Assembly (NCBI GenBank): GCA_963847445.1 | Contig: CAWJZV010000003.1 | Coordinates: 1 to 64,000, forward strand | From: an uncultured delta proteobacterium | GTDB lineage: Bacteria; Desulfobacterota; Binatia; UBA9968 | Length of the DNA: 64,000 bases | Direction: 5' to 3' | Part shown: one piece after another, positions 30,330 through 41,716 of the stretch | Layout of the letters: every line of letters starts with the position of its first letter | How positions within the stretch are numbered: position 1 is the first letter of the stretch | Made by a program: the position numbers and the translations under genes | The notes under the pieces: model-generated | Told to the model about the DNA's origin: nothing | The model's database searches: none | What the model saw: only the letters and a program-made list of their open reading frames with translations

Positions 30330-30730
30330 ATGAAAATTTCGAAGACTCGTGCGGTTGTTTTCTCTACGGTTGTTTTGCTGACGATTTCGCTGCGTTTTAG
30401 TCACCTCAGCCCCGTCGCATCCGTCGACGATGTCGCGCTGCTCAAATCCGCCGAGCGCCAAAAGATTCTCGTCGAGGGCGCGAGGAAGGAAGGCAAGCTG
30501 ACTTTTTACACCACGCTGATTATCGAGCAGGTGGTCCGGCCGCTGAAAGATGCGTTCGAGAAGGAATAGCCGTTTATTCAAATGGAGTATTTCCGCGGCA
30601 ATTCGGATCGGGTGACGCAAAAGCTTTTCGCCGAGTACCAGGCGAAGCGTTACGCCGTCGATGTCGTCGACGGCAGCAACGACCGGGGCAACGACTGGGT
30701 CGATTATTTCCAGAAAAATTTCATCCAATA
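30330..30730 (+). pseudogene. Decayed SBP paralog (B-type) with premature stop and large internal deletion
   Basis: TAG at 30567-30569 where paralogs have Tyr. The N-terminal part is joined directly to the C-terminal GNDWVDYFQKNFIQ*. Confidence 0.85.
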
Positions 30731-30842
30731 AGCCCGGCCATTGCAGTCTTTTCTCGCGGCCAATTACCTTGACAAGCGAAGGTCAGTCAGACTAGCTTCG
30801 CAGCCATATGGCTCGGTTTGCTTACCGCCTGGAGGTGCCGCG

Positions 30843-31925
30843 ATGATACCAGCGATTAGACGCTCAAGATGGTCGCTGGCGTTCCTCGCCGTCTTTGCTG
30901 TGGCCGGCTTGGCACGGGCCGCGACGGTGGAAGAGATCGCTCTGATGAACCGCGCCGACCGGCAAAAAATTCTCGTCGAGGGCGCCAGGAAAGAAGGCAA
31001 GGTCACTTGGTACACTACCTTGATCGTCGATCAGGTGGTGCGGCCGGTGAAAGATGCATTTGAAAAGGAATATCCATTCATCCAGGTAGAGTTTTTTCGC
31101 GGCAACACCGAACGCATCGTCCAGAGGATGATCGCCGAATATCAAGCCAAGCGTTACGAAGCGGATTTGATCGACGGCACGGTGTCGCCGACCATGGTGC
31201 GGCGGGCCGGATTGTTGCAACGATTTAATTCACCGATGTTTGCCGACTACCCCGCCGAACTCAAGGATGCTCAAGGCTTTTGGGGCGCGACCAATCTGTA
31301 TTTCTTCGCCACCGGTTATAACACGCGCATGGTCAAGGCCAACGAGGTGCCGAAGAGCTACGAGGACCTGCTCCATCCGCGCTGGAAGGGGCAGATGATG
31401 TGGTCCACCAGCCGCGGCTCCGGCGCGCCGATGTTTGTCGGCACGATCCTCAGCACCATGGGTAACGAGGCGGGCAAAGCGTACCTGCAAAAACTCAAGC
31501 TGCAAAATGTCGCCAAGACCTCGGCGAGTAACCGGCAAGTGCTCGATTTGACCATCGCCGGCGAATATCCGCTGGCGCTGCAGATTTTCAATCATCACGC
31601 GTTTATCAGCAAAGCGGTGGGCGCGCCGGTGGAGTGGATCGTCCACGAGCCGGCGACGGCGACGATCAATAATATCGGTCTGGGCAAATTTGCCAGCCAC
31701 CCGCACGCGGCGATGTTGCTGATCGATTTCATTCTGTCGGAAAAAGGTCAGAGGGTTTATCAGCAGTCGAACTACTTGCCGGCTCATCCCAAAGTGCCGG
31801 CCAAACAGGTCGATCTCAAACCGGGCGGCGGGCGATTCAAACGGGCGTTTTACATCAATCCCGACCAACAGTACGACAAAGGCAACGACTGGGCGGAATA
31901 TTTTGAAAATCTATTCATGAAGTAG
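30843..31925 (+). CDS. ABC substrate-binding protein (array copy B2, paralog of B1)
   Basis: Colinear with B1; GGAGG RBS before ATG 30843. Confidence 0.9.
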   Translation: MIPAIRRSRWSLAFLAVFAVAGLARAATVEEIALMNRADRQKILVEGARKEGKVTWYTTLIVDQVVRPVKDAFEKEYPFIQVEFFRGNTERIVQRMIAEYQAKRYEADLIDGTVSPTMVRRAGLLQRFNSPMFADYPAELKDAQGFWGATNLYFFATGYNTRMVKANEVPKSYEDLLHPRWKGQMMWSTSRGSGAPMFVGTILSTMGNEAGKAYLQKLKLQNVAKTSASNRQVLDLTIAGEYPLALQIFNHHAFISKAVGAPVEWIVHEPATATINNIGLGKFASHPHAAMLLIDFILSEKGQRVYQQSNYLPAHPKVPAKQVDLKPGGGRFKRAFYINPDQQYDKGNDWAEYFENLFMK

Positions 31926-31939
31926 CGGCGGGTAGAAAA

Positions 31940-33712
31940 TTGGCAAAACAACAATCAAGCGAATCTTTGGACCTGGCGCTCAAGGGCGAGAGCGCGCGCG
32001 CAAGTTTTTCTTTAGGCATGGCTTCGCGCTTGGATGTCGCTACCGTGGTGATGATCTGTGTGTCCGTGATCACCGGATACTTGGTTCTGCCGCCGCTCTA
32101 CTCGGTCGTCCAAACCAGTCTGTTCACCACCAAGCTTACCGGCGAGATCGATCAGTTCACGCTGCGCTATTACGAAGATCTCTTCCGCGAGCTGCAGATC
32201 ATCGGCCCGTTTCTCAATACTTTTTATTTTTCCATCGCCAGCGCGGTTTTTGCCACCTTGCTCGGCGGCTCGATCGCCTGGATCGTCGTTCGGACCGATA
32301 GTCCGCTGCGCGGGTTGGGCTATTTTACCGCGTTCGCTTCCTTCGGAACGCCGTTTATTCTCTACACCATCGGTTGGTTGTTGCTGCTCGGCAAGGCCGG
32401 GCCGGTCAACTACTGGCTCAAGATCCTGTTCGATCAGACTACGCCGGTGCTCAACGTTTACTCCATGTTCGGCATGGTTTTGATCGAGTCGCTGCTCTGG
32501 TCGCCGTTTGTTTTTCTCATGCTCGCGGCGGCGTTCCGTTCCATGGATCCGTCCCTTGAGGAAGCGTCGGCGGCCTGCGGCGCGCGAATGTGGCAGACCA
32601 TGCGGCGAATTTCCTTGCGCCTGATGCTGCCGGCGTTCTTCTCCGTCATGCTTTTGATCTTCATCCGCACCTTTGAATCCTTCGAGATTCCGGCGTTGGT
32701 CGGACTCCCTGGTGACATTCGCGTGCTGACGACTTCGATCTATCTGGACGCGCAGAAACTGCCGCCGCGCTATGGCAGCGCCGGAGCGTTCTCCGTGCTA
32801 CTGATGGTCGTGGTGGCGGCGACGCTGTACTTTTATTTTCGGCTCACTCGCGAAGGCGATCGCTACCAGACCGTGACGGGGAAGGGCTACCGGCCGACGT
32901 TGATCAATCTGGGCCGCTGGCGCTACCTGGCGGGCGCGGCGTTGCTGGTCTATTCTTTCGTCCTGTTGGTGCTGCCGTTTCTGATTATCCTGTGGGCTTC
33001 GGTACTGCCGTACTACATGCAACCGTCGCTTGAGGGGCTGGGCAAGCTCACCATCAAGAACTACGTCACCGCCCTGCACTTCCCCAAGATCACCGATGCG
33101 ATCAAGAACAGCGTGCTGCTCGGACTCGGCAGCGCCAGCTTCGTCATGGTTCTGACTCTGCTCGCGTCGTGGTTGCTGGTGCGCACCAAGATTCGCGGCC
33201 GCTGGCTGCTCGATCTCATGACGACTTTGCCCTTGTTGTTTCCCGGTATCGTCATGGGACTGGCGATCCTGCGTTTTTATTTGTTCGTGCCGATTCCGGT
33301 GTACGGCACCTTGTGGATCCTGCTGATCGCCTTCGTCACGCGCTACATTCCTTATGGCATCCGTTACACTCACTCCGGCTTGTTGCAGTTGCACAAGGAA
33401 CTGGAGGAGGCGTCCTACGTTTCCGGCGCGTCGTGGTTTAGCTCCATGCGCCGGATTATCTTGCCGCTGATGACGCCGTCGTTTCTCGGCGGCTGGATCT
33501 TTATCTTTCTCCTGTCCGCCAAAGAGTTGTCCATGTCGGTCTTGCTCGTCAGCCCGCAAACTCCAGTGGTATCGGTGGCGATCTTTGAGCTCTGGGAAAA
33601 TGCTCAAGTCGGCGAGCTCGCCGCCTTCGGCGTGATCTGGACCGCCATCCTGGTCACCGTCGCGATCGTTTACTACGCCTTCGCCCGCCGCTATGGGATT
33701 CAACAGAACTGA
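31940..33712 (+). CDS. Fe3+-type ABC transporter permease (two fused TM modules)
   Basis: Two EAA loops (DPSLEEAS..CGA; KELEEAS..SGA); about 12 TM segments. Confidence 0.92.
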   Translation: MAKQQSSESLDLALKGESARASFSLGMASRLDVATVVMICVSVITGYLVLPPLYSVVQTSLFTTKLTGEIDQFTLRYYEDLFRELQIIGPFLNTFYFSIASAVFATLLGGSIAWIVVRTDSPLRGLGYFTAFASFGTPFILYTIGWLLLLGKAGPVNYWLKILFDQTTPVLNVYSMFGMVLIESLLWSPFVFLMLAAAFRSMDPSLEEASAACGARMWQTMRRISLRLMLPAFFSVMLLIFIRTFESFEIPALVGLPGDIRVLTTSIYLDAQKLPPRYGSAGAFSVLLMVVVAATLYFYFRLTREGDRYQTVTGKGYRPTLINLGRWRYLAGAALLVYSFVLLVLPFLIILWASVLPYYMQPSLEGLGKLTIKNYVTALHFPKITDAIKNSVLLGLGSASFVMVLTLLASWLLVRTKIRGRWLLDLMTTLPLLFPGIVMGLAILRFYLFVPIPVYGTLWILLIAFVTRYIPYGIRYTHSGLLQLHKELEEASYVSGASWFSSMRRIILPLMTPSFLGGWIFIFLLSAKELSMSVLLVSPQTPVVSVAIFELWENAQVGELAAFGVIWTAILVTVAIVYYAFARRYGIQQN

Positions 33713-33820
33713 CGGCGCAGTTGTCAATTACATCGGTGTCCCTCTTTTTCAGCAGTTGCCAGTGCGGGCAGATAATAGTCGATATCCTGCTGAGGTGGAT
33801 TCGAGTCGAGGCGTTGAACC

Positions 33821-34549
33821 ATGCCGATTGACGGTCAAGATCTTTATCATCTGATTCGTTCCTCGCCGCTCGAAACCGTTGACGATGTCATAGCGGTTAT
33901 GCGCGGCCTCGACAGCGAATTGGCCAATGACGATGGTCTCAAGTGGTTCAATCTGCTCTATCTAAAAGTTACTGAAGCCGTGGGCACGCAGCCGCGAACG
34001 GTTCAGTGGGAAAATGGCCAATGGTTGGAGCTGCTCGATGTCAATTTCGCCAAGCTTTATTTTGCCGCGCTATGCGATTGGCAGCGCAATCGCGACCGGG
34101 TCGCGCGCGCCTGGCTGCCCTTGTTGCAGTCGCGCGCTCGGCATGGCATCAAGCGCGTGCAATTCGCACTGGCGGGACTCAATGCCCATATCAATCACGA
34201 TTTGCCGGTTGCTCTGGTGCAGACGGGAAAGGCGTCGCGCATCGTTCTCAAGCGCGGCACGGCGGAGTTTCGCGACTTCGAAAGGGTCAATTCGATTCTC
34301 GCAACGGTGCAGGAGGATGCCAAGCGTTATATCGCCACAGGGCTTGTCGGCGTCATCGATCAAAGTCTCGGCGATCTCGATGACAACGCGGCCAACTGGA
34401 GCGTTGGCAAAGCCCGCGAAACCGCATGGTCCAATGGTGAGATTCTCTGGCGGCTGAATCGTACGCCACTGTTAAGGAATGAGTTCCTGACCAATATCGA
34501 TCGGCTTGTCAGTCTGGCGAGTCGCGGGCTGCTGGTCTCAGGGGTATGA
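33821..34549 (+). CDS. DUF5995-like hypothetical protein
   Basis: DGLKWFNLLYLKVT, LDVNFAKLY, LAGLNAHINHDLP motifs. Confidence 0.75.
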   Translation: MPIDGQDLYHLIRSSPLETVDDVIAVMRGLDSELANDDGLKWFNLLYLKVTEAVGTQPRTVQWENGQWLELLDVNFAKLYFAALCDWQRNRDRVARAWLPLLQSRARHGIKRVQFALAGLNAHINHDLPVALVQTGKASRIVLKRGTAEFRDFERVNSILATVQEDAKRYIATGLVGVIDQSLGDLDDNAANWSVGKARETAWSNGEILWRLNRTPLLRNEFLTNIDRLVSLASRGLLVSGV

Positions 34550-34676
34550 CTTAACCAGAACCTGATTGGCGCCAGCTCGCAGGCCTCATCGGTAAACAGG
34601 TATGCGGCGCGACTGGAGCCTTGCCTTAGAGTTCGCCGGCAATCTAATAAAAATATTTCTCATGTTGTTCCAGCTT

Positions 34677-35899
34677 ATGGCGCCATCGACCGCGCCCACA
34701 ACCCGGCGGCGCCGCATGGCTGTTGTCCTCCTCTGCTGCGCCTTGGTCGGTTCGGCTGATTTTATCAACCTATGCATCGCCTCGGCCCAGACGACGCCGA
34801 CCGCCCAGTCCAGCCGGAGTGCGGGACTTTGTCGAATACTGGTCGGCGAGCCGTTTGTTGTTGAACGGCGGCAACCCTTACGCGCCGGACGAATTGCTGC
34901 AATTGCAGCGATCCGTCGGCTGGGACAGCGGCGCGGCGCTGATCATGTGGAATCCACCCTGGACCCTGGCCTTCACACTACCGTTCGGATTGCTGAGCTT
35001 TAACCTGGGTCAGTTCGCCTGGCTGTTCAGCCAACTGCTGTTTATTTTGCTATGCACTCAAGCGCTGGCGAATCTCTATGGCGGTGGGTCGACTAACTGC
35101 CGGATCGAGTGGTGCGTCGCTCTCAGTTTTGTCCCGACGGTATTTGTCCTGATCATCGGCCAAATCTCACCGATGGTTTTGGCCGGGATCAGCGGATTTC
35201 TCGTGCTTGAAAGGAAGGGGAAATCCCTCGCTGCCGGCGCGATGTTGGCAGTCGTCGCGATCAAGCCGCATCTGCTCTATCTGTTTTGGCTCGCGCTGTT
35301 TCTTGTGGATCTGCCGATACCGCCGCTGGCAGGTTCTGCTCGGCGCCGCCGTGGCATTTCTCATCGTTGCGCTGCTGCCGGTCTATTTCGACCGTCATAT
35401 TTATGGCCAGTATCTCGATCTGTATCATCTGCAAGGAATCCTCAAACCGTTCGATTGGCCGGCGCCGACATTGCGAAATATTTTTCCGCTGTTGTTCGAT
35501 CGCAGCGATCGGTGGTTGGAGAGCTTGCCGACGCTGGCTGGAATTGTTTGGCTGGGATATTACTGGCACCGGCACAAAGCCCAGTGGCAGTGGCCGGAAG
35601 CATTGCCGTCAGTCCTATTGGCTTCCGTGACGACGAGTTTCTTTGCCTGGACTTACGATCAGGTGGTTCTACTGCCGGCGCTGGTCGAAGTGACCGCGTG
35701 GATCAGACGAACCAAGCTGCCCTGGTACCGCTCCTGGGCTGTGCTCGGTTATGTTGCGATCAATGGCATGCATCTCGCCATGCGTTTTTGGTTCGCCGAG
35801 GAGTTTGTCTACTTATGGCTGGCGCCGGCATTGACCCTCTGCTATGTCGTTTATCGTTATGAAAGGCGGTGCGTCGATGTGTCACAACCGTCTAATTGA
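34677..35899 (+). CDS. GT87/DUF2029-like membrane glycosyltransferase (frameshifted)
   Basis: DFVEYW...GGNPY, NPPW, GQ, IKPH, YDQVVLLP across three frames; polytopic. Confidence 0.75.
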
Positions 35900-36551
35900 T
35901 CGCCTAACCCATGCGGCAATACGGGTTCTGAGATTTGCGCTTTTAGTTCTGCTGTTGCCAAGCGTCGGTTGGACCGACAGCTGGCCGGGGGCAATGCCGT
36001 TTCAAGTATTCAGCAAGTCGGCAAAGTATTTCGTTAGAGTGATCCCTGGTGATAGCATCGGCGATACGATGGGCTTCGGCCGTGCTCGCAAGGGGAAATA
36101 CGCCCAGGCGCTGTATTACGCGTTACAAGCGGACCGCTCTTACAAGTTGCTGCACGAGATCAAACTGCAGAATCCAGTGGCGCCGGTGGACCTGCTCCTT
36201 TCGGATCAAGGACAGTTTGTCACCTTCGATAACTGGTATAATCTTGGCTATGGCAAAGTAGTGGCGATCTACGCGGCCTCGGGGAAGCTGGTTCGCAGCT
36301 ACGAACTCGGCCAGCTTTATCCATCGTCACTGCAGGAGAAGATTCCCACTTCGGTTTCGTCCCGTCACTGGCGCTGCCAGCCGATCCATTTCGTCGAACC
36401 GACGGAGCAAAAGAGCGTCTATGTGCCTGAAGTCACGGGTGGATATTTTGTTTTCACTTTGGCGACGGGTAAGATGATTTACACAGGTGGTGCACGCAAG
36501 GAGTGTGTATCACCGCCGGGGCCAATGTCACAGACGATACTCGGGCAGTGA
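35879..36551 (+). CDS. Secreted hypothetical protein
   Basis: Signal-like segment followed by a beta-rich domain starting DSWP; start uncertain. Confidence 0.6.
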
Positions 36552-36635
36552 ATTTTGCTAGTCCTTGTGCGGCGTTTCGGTTTGCAATCAAGCCGGCTGT
36601 GCGCGTAAACACATTCGATAAACAGAGGAGGTGCT

Positions 36636-37634
36636 ATGGATCGACAACAACGGCGGGAAGCCGTGTTGCTCTTAGCGTGCTTTGCGCTAGCGCTCGGGTG
36701 GCAGAGCGCCGACGCCCAGCAGATATCCCTGGCCTTTAGTTCCGTCGACTCGCCCAATGCCAATTGGTACATCGCCAAAGAGCGGCAGCTTTACAAGAAA
36801 TACGGTCTCGATGCCGAACTGATTTTCATTCCGTCATCGACAACGACGATTTCCGCGGTGGTCGCCGGTTCGGTGGACGTCGGTAATATCTCCGGCGGGG
36901 CAACTGCCAACGCCGCTGTCGGCGGCGCGGGCGTGGTCGCGGTCGGCTGCTTCATCAACACCTTGCCCTACGATCTGGTCGTGCATGAGTCGATCCGCTC
37001 GGCGCAGCAACTCAAGGGCAAGAGCATCGGCATCAGCCGCGTCGGCAGTTCCTCCGACGTGGCGGCGCGGGTGTTTCTCAAGGAGTTGAAACTCGAGCCG
37101 GACAAAGACGTGGCGATCCTGCAGGTCGGCGGTTCGACGGAAAGGGCGGCGGCTTTTCGCACCGGACGCATCATTGCTTTCCCCGCGCCGCCGGGGGTGA
37201 TTCATCTCACCCAGGGCATGCCGCACCGGATTCTCGCCAGCACGGCAGATTTTCCCAAGGGTTTTCCCTTTCCCTATGTCTGTCCGACGGCGTCGAAGAC
37301 GTTTGTCAAAAACCAGCGCGACACCATGAAGCGATTACTGATGGCGCTGATCGACGCGACGCACTTTTACAAGACGCGCAAAGAGGAAGCCAAAAAGGTC
37401 ATGGCGAAGTACACCCGCCATAGCAACGAAGCGTTTTTGGAAGCCGCCTATCTGAGCAGCGCCAAGCTTTTCGAGCAGGTGCCGCTGGTCAATCGCGACG
37501 GCATGGATGTGCAAGTCAAAGACGCCGTGTCGCGCAAACCGAGCAGCACGCTGAAAGTCGACGATCTGGTCGACGATAGTTTGGTCTTGGAGTTGGAGAA
37601 GGAAGGGTTTATCGGCCGGATCTACAAGCAGTAA
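36636..37634 (+). CDS. NMT1/THI5/SsuA-type ABC substrate-binding protein
   Basis: Signal peptide; KKYGLD, LKGKSIGISRVGSSSD, DKDVAILQVG. Confidence 0.9.
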   Translation: MDRQQRREAVLLLACFALALGWQSADAQQISLAFSSVDSPNANWYIAKERQLYKKYGLDAELIFIPSSTTTISAVVAGSVDVGNISGGATANAAVGGAGVVAVGCFINTLPYDLVVHESIRSAQQLKGKSIGISRVGSSSDVAARVFLKELKLEPDKDVAILQVGGSTERAAAFRTGRIIAFPAPPGVIHLTQGMPHRILASTADFPKGFPFPYVCPTASKTFVKNQRDTMKRLLMALIDATHFYKTRKEEAKKVMAKYTRHSNEAFLEAAYLSSAKLFEQVPLVNRDGMDVQVKDAVSRKPSSTLKVDDLVDDSLVLELEKEGFIGRIYKQ

Positions 37635-37711
37635 TTATTTTCGCTTGGTCCGATTCGTAGCCACGCACCGACGGTTGGAAACGGGTTGTTCGACCTTAAC
37701 GGGTAGCAGCA

Positions 37712-38114
37712 TATGGAACAAAAGTATTTTTATGCATTGCTGATCATTCCTCTGATGCTGGCGCTACGCGTCGCGATGCACTTTCTCGATAAGCGGCGCA
37801 TCAAAGACGAAGTGGAAGACCCGGCGCGGGCGGGCGCTGTCGATTGTTTGGAATCCTTTTGGACGCGGCTGGTTTTTTGAGAAAGGCGAACGTCACTACG
37901 ATGTGACTTATGTCGATCGCCACTCGGGCGGCACGGTTACCGACCGCTTGTAAGACTAGCATGTTCACCGGGGTCTATTGGGCCGATGGCGCCGCAGGCT
38001 GCGGAAGCGCCGCCGCGCATCCTGTCGCGCCACCGCTGTGCGAAATGCGGCTACTCGATTCAGGTCGAATGGCGCGCCTGCCCGAACTGCGGCAAGGCGA
38101 CGGAGTTTGCGTGA
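37712..38114 (+). CDS. Small membrane-anchored protein with C-terminal zinc ribbon (frameshifted)
   Basis: N-terminal TM (MEQKYFYALLIIPLML), WNPFGRGWFF, C-terminal CAKCG...CPNCG; at least two frameshifts. Confidence 0.55.
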
Positions 38115-38179
38115 GATACCTACGCTCTGTAGAGGATTTACTCGATTGCAAAATTCGCTGCACGCCTTCGCCGAAGCCA

Positions 38180-38800
38180 GTTTATTCCGGGCCATTGCTG
38201 CTGCTCAGTGTGATTTTGGCTAGTATGGGTTGCGCGGTGAGTTCACGCCCGTCCGACGGCGACAAGGCTGACGCTGCCGCGCCAAGTGTTTCTGGTGCGT
38301 CATACGGAGCGTGAGTGGGAAGGCGAAGATCCGCCGCTGGTCGCCGCCGGTGAAGCGCGCGCCCAGGCGCTCGCCGAGACCCTGCGCGATGCCGGGCATT
38401 ACGCGGATCGTCACGACGCAGTGGCGGCGCACTCGCGATACGGCGCAGCCGCTGGCGAAGGTGCTGAAGATCACACCGCAGGTGATTCCGGTGCTGGAAG
38501 GAAAGGCGCGGGAGAATGTCGAGGAAGTGGCGGCGGCGGTGCGCCGCTACCAAGGACGAGACGGTGCTGATCGTCGGCCATATTACGGTGACCGGCGTCA
38601 TCGCTGCTCTCGGCGGACCGCGTCTGCCGACGATTTGCGACAACGTGTTTTCCGATCTGTTCTTGTTTACGCCGGCGGCTGGCGACGCGGGTTTGTTGCA
38701 TCTGCATTACGGCGCGGCAGAGGATATTTCGCCGCGCTGCCGGATTAGCCGGCCGGTGCGATTGAGATCGGTGACCTCACGCGAAGAAATACCCTGTCTG
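38180..38800 (+). CDS. Histidine phosphatase/phosphoglycerate mutase family protein (frameshifted; ends approximate)
   Basis: VFLVRH, RTRDTAQPL, VLIVGH motifs in different frames. Confidence 0.65.
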
Positions 38801-38808
38801 CGAATAAT

Positions 38809-40171
38809 TTACGTAATCGGCGCGGTTTCGATTTCCGCTGCGGGCGTCGCTCGCGTTTGCCAGCGATAAACTATCAGTCCGACCGCGATGCCGCCCAAGC
38901 CGAGGTATTTTGTCGCTGGGTTCGATAGCGCGATGCTGAGCAAGCACAAGCGACTATCGGTGGAATGCAGAGGGCGATCACGCCGCTGAAGTGCCACAGG
39001 GGATTCGATACGGTCGCGCCATCTCCGGCCGCTTGATTCGCAGCCAGACTAAGAGCGGCGAATTCCAAGAGCAACGCGGCGGCGTAGAGAAACATGTCGA
39101 CTTCGATCAGTTCCTGAAATGAAAACGGGATTAGCAAGGCAACGCCGGCGCTGTTGATGAGAATTGCGCGCCATGGCGTGTCGTAGTCGCGGATGAGTTG
39201 CCGCCAACGCGCGTGGCAACATGGTTCGCCGCGCCATGGCGTAGGGGACGCGCGCCGAGGTGCAGAGCAGGGCGCTGAACATGCCCGCTGCGCTGATCAA
39301 CGCCGCGGCGGTGAGCCAGATACCCAGCCATGAGCCGCCGATCTGCGCGGCGATCTTGGGCAGATAGCCTTCCTTCCACTGCGGCCAATCGGAGTCGACT
39401 CCCGTGCCCACAGCCAGTGGGAGCAAGTAGGCTGCGGTGACCAAGATTAACGGTAAGCATCATCGCGCGCGGGTAGACGCGATTGGGCGCGTCGACCGCG
39501 CCGGCGCAGCAGCCGGCGTTGTCCCAGCCCGAGGTGTTCCATAAGAGGATGCTGATTAAAAGCGGCCAGTCGGTGGTCGCGGTGCGCTGCAGCCAGTTGG
39601 CCGGCGACACTTGCGGCAGGCCGACAACCAGCATGACGGCGAAGGGCGCGAGCACAAGCGCGGTGAAGACGATGGAACTCAGGCCGACCAGGCGCGTGCC
39701 GCGAATGTTGAGCCAGGTGATGATGCTGATGAGCGCAGCGGCGATCAGCCAGCGCTCCAACGGCTCCATGTCGCCGCGCAAGTAGGCGAGATAGTCGACG
39801 AACATCACCGGATAGAGCGCGTTGTCGGCGAAGCTGCACAGCCAGCTCAGCCAGCCTTCCTGAAAGCCCCAGAATCTGCCGAAGGCTTTTTCCACCCAGA
39901 CGACGTAACCGCCGTCCTCCGGCATGGCGGTCGACAACTCCGCGGTCATCAGCGCCGTCGGCAAACTCCAGAGCCAGGGGAGTATGACAATGCCCAAAAG
40001 CACCACGAGCGGGCCGGCGGCGCCGACACCGTCTTCCAGACCATAGGCGCCGCCGGCGACGCAGAAAAAAGTCAGGCCGACGAGGCCGGGAAGGTTCAAG
40101 CCGCGCCGGGATTCACCGCGCGGTGGCGCGTAAGATGCGGAGCCTGGCGATGTCATGTTGCCGCGCAGCAT
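38809..40171 (-). CDS. APC-family amino acid/polyamine permease (frameshifted)
   Basis: VAGGAYGLED, AELSTAMPEDGG..WV, WNTSGWDN; polytopic; continues in other frames. Confidence 0.82.
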
Positions 40172-40285
40172 GAGCGAGCGAGGTTTCGTCTTGTCAACGA
40201 ACCGGCGTCATTGCTTTGTCGGCGCCGGTCAAAGCTGATATCTTCGATTTAACTGTAAATTTCCATTCCCTTCGGTTTTCCATTT

Positions 40286-41659
40286 ATGGCTAAAAGCCGC
40301 GCCACGCCTAAAGCCAAGCGATCGATTCGGCAGATGAAGAGCGATGTATTCGAGCAGGTGCTGGAATCCGAGCTCGATGAGCTGACGCGAGTCAAGCGTT
40401 GGTGCCACGCTGCCCTCAAGATCGCGGTGATGGTGTGGCAGGATTTTTTTGACAACCTGGTGAAACTCCAGGCGATGGCGCTGGCGTTCAAGACGCTGTT
40501 GTCGCTGGCGCCGCTCCTGGCGGTGCTATTTTCGATCCTCAAAGCCTTTGGCGTGCACAATCGCATGGAGCCGGCGATGGCCGAGGCGCTCGCGCCGCTG
40601 GGCGACAAGGGCCGAGAGATTACCGCGTATCTGATCGGTTTTGTCGATAAGATGAGCGCCGGCGCTCTGGGCGCGGTGGGCTTGGTGACGTTGTTCCTTA
40701 CCGTGTTGTCCTTGATGCATAGTATCGAAGAAGCGTTCAACCGAATCTGGCGGGTGCCCGCGTCGCGGACAGTGGCACGGAAGTTCAGCGATTACTTGAG
40801 CGCGATTCTCGTCGGGCCGGTGCTGGTGTTCGCCGCGGTGACCATCACCGCGACCTTGCAAAGCAGCAACGTCGTGCGCGCGCTCTTGTCCTCCGACGCA
40901 CTCGGCAAGGGGATTCTTACGCTCTTGCAGCTGGTGCCCTATCTGACGCTGTGGGGCGCGTTCACCTTCGTTTATGTGTTTATTCCCAACACCCGGGTAA
41001 GGATTCGATCCGCCGTGGTCGGCGGCCTGATCGCGGCGATCCTCTGGCAGAGCGTCGGCTGGGGCTTCGCCAAGTTCGTCGCGTCGTCGACGCAGTACTA
41101 CGCGATCTATTCGAGCTTCGCGATTTTATTGCTCTTCCTCATCTGGCTGCACATCGGTTGGGTGATTGTCCTGCTCGGCGCCCAGGTGGCTTACGCGCAC
41201 CAGCATAGGTATTTTTTCCAAGGCGATCGCCAGTTGTTGGCCCAGAGCCCGGCGGGGCGCGAGAAGCTGGCGCTGCAGACCCTTCACCTCGTCGGCCGCA
41301 ATTTTTACTATGGTTTGGATCCTATGAACGTCACCGATTTGGCGAACCATTTAAGGATACCCGCAGGAGTCGTCAAAGAGTTTTTGGAACTGTTCGTCGA
41401 ATCCAGGCTGGTGTTAGCGGTGAACGATGGCGAGAGCTACGTTGTCGGCCGCGATCCGGAAACCATCGCCATCAAAGAGATTCTCGATTGCGTTAAAAAT
41501 TCCGGCAAGAAAGCGAAGGTGCCGGAAGATCGCAGCCCGGAAGAAGACGAGATCGACGATCTCCTCGCTGCGATTGATCTCTCCACGACTAAAGCTTTGG
41601 AGGGGAAGAGTCTGCAGAGTTTGATTCTGAGCTTGCCGCCGCCGGAAGCGCAGGAATGA
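40286..41659 (+). CDS. YihY/BrkB family membrane protein with C-terminal wHTH-like extension
   Basis: AMALAFKTLLSLAP, IEEAFNRIW, PNTRV, YAIYSSFA. Confidence 0.88.
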   Translation: MAKSRATPKAKRSIRQMKSDVFEQVLESELDELTRVKRWCHAALKIAVMVWQDFFDNLVKLQAMALAFKTLLSLAPLLAVLFSILKAFGVHNRMEPAMAEALAPLGDKGREITAYLIGFVDKMSAGALGAVGLVTLFLTVLSLMHSIEEAFNRIWRVPASRTVARKFSDYLSAILVGPVLVFAAVTITATLQSSNVVRALLSSDALGKGILTLLQLVPYLTLWGAFTFVYVFIPNTRVRIRSAVVGGLIAAILWQSVGWGFAKFVASSTQYYAIYSSFAILLLFLIWLHIGWVIVLLGAQVAYAHQHRYFFQGDRQLLAQSPAGREKLALQTLHLVGRNFYYGLDPMNVTDLANHLRIPAGVVKEFLELFVESRLVLAVNDGESYVVGRDPETIAIKEILDCVKNSGKKAKVPEDRSPEEDEIDDLLAAIDLSTTKALEGKSLQSLILSLPPPEAQE

Positions 41660-41716
41660 CGGTATTGCATGCGTGCCGGTGTCGCGGGGTTAGGTTAGGG
41701 CTCTTGATCCACCCAG

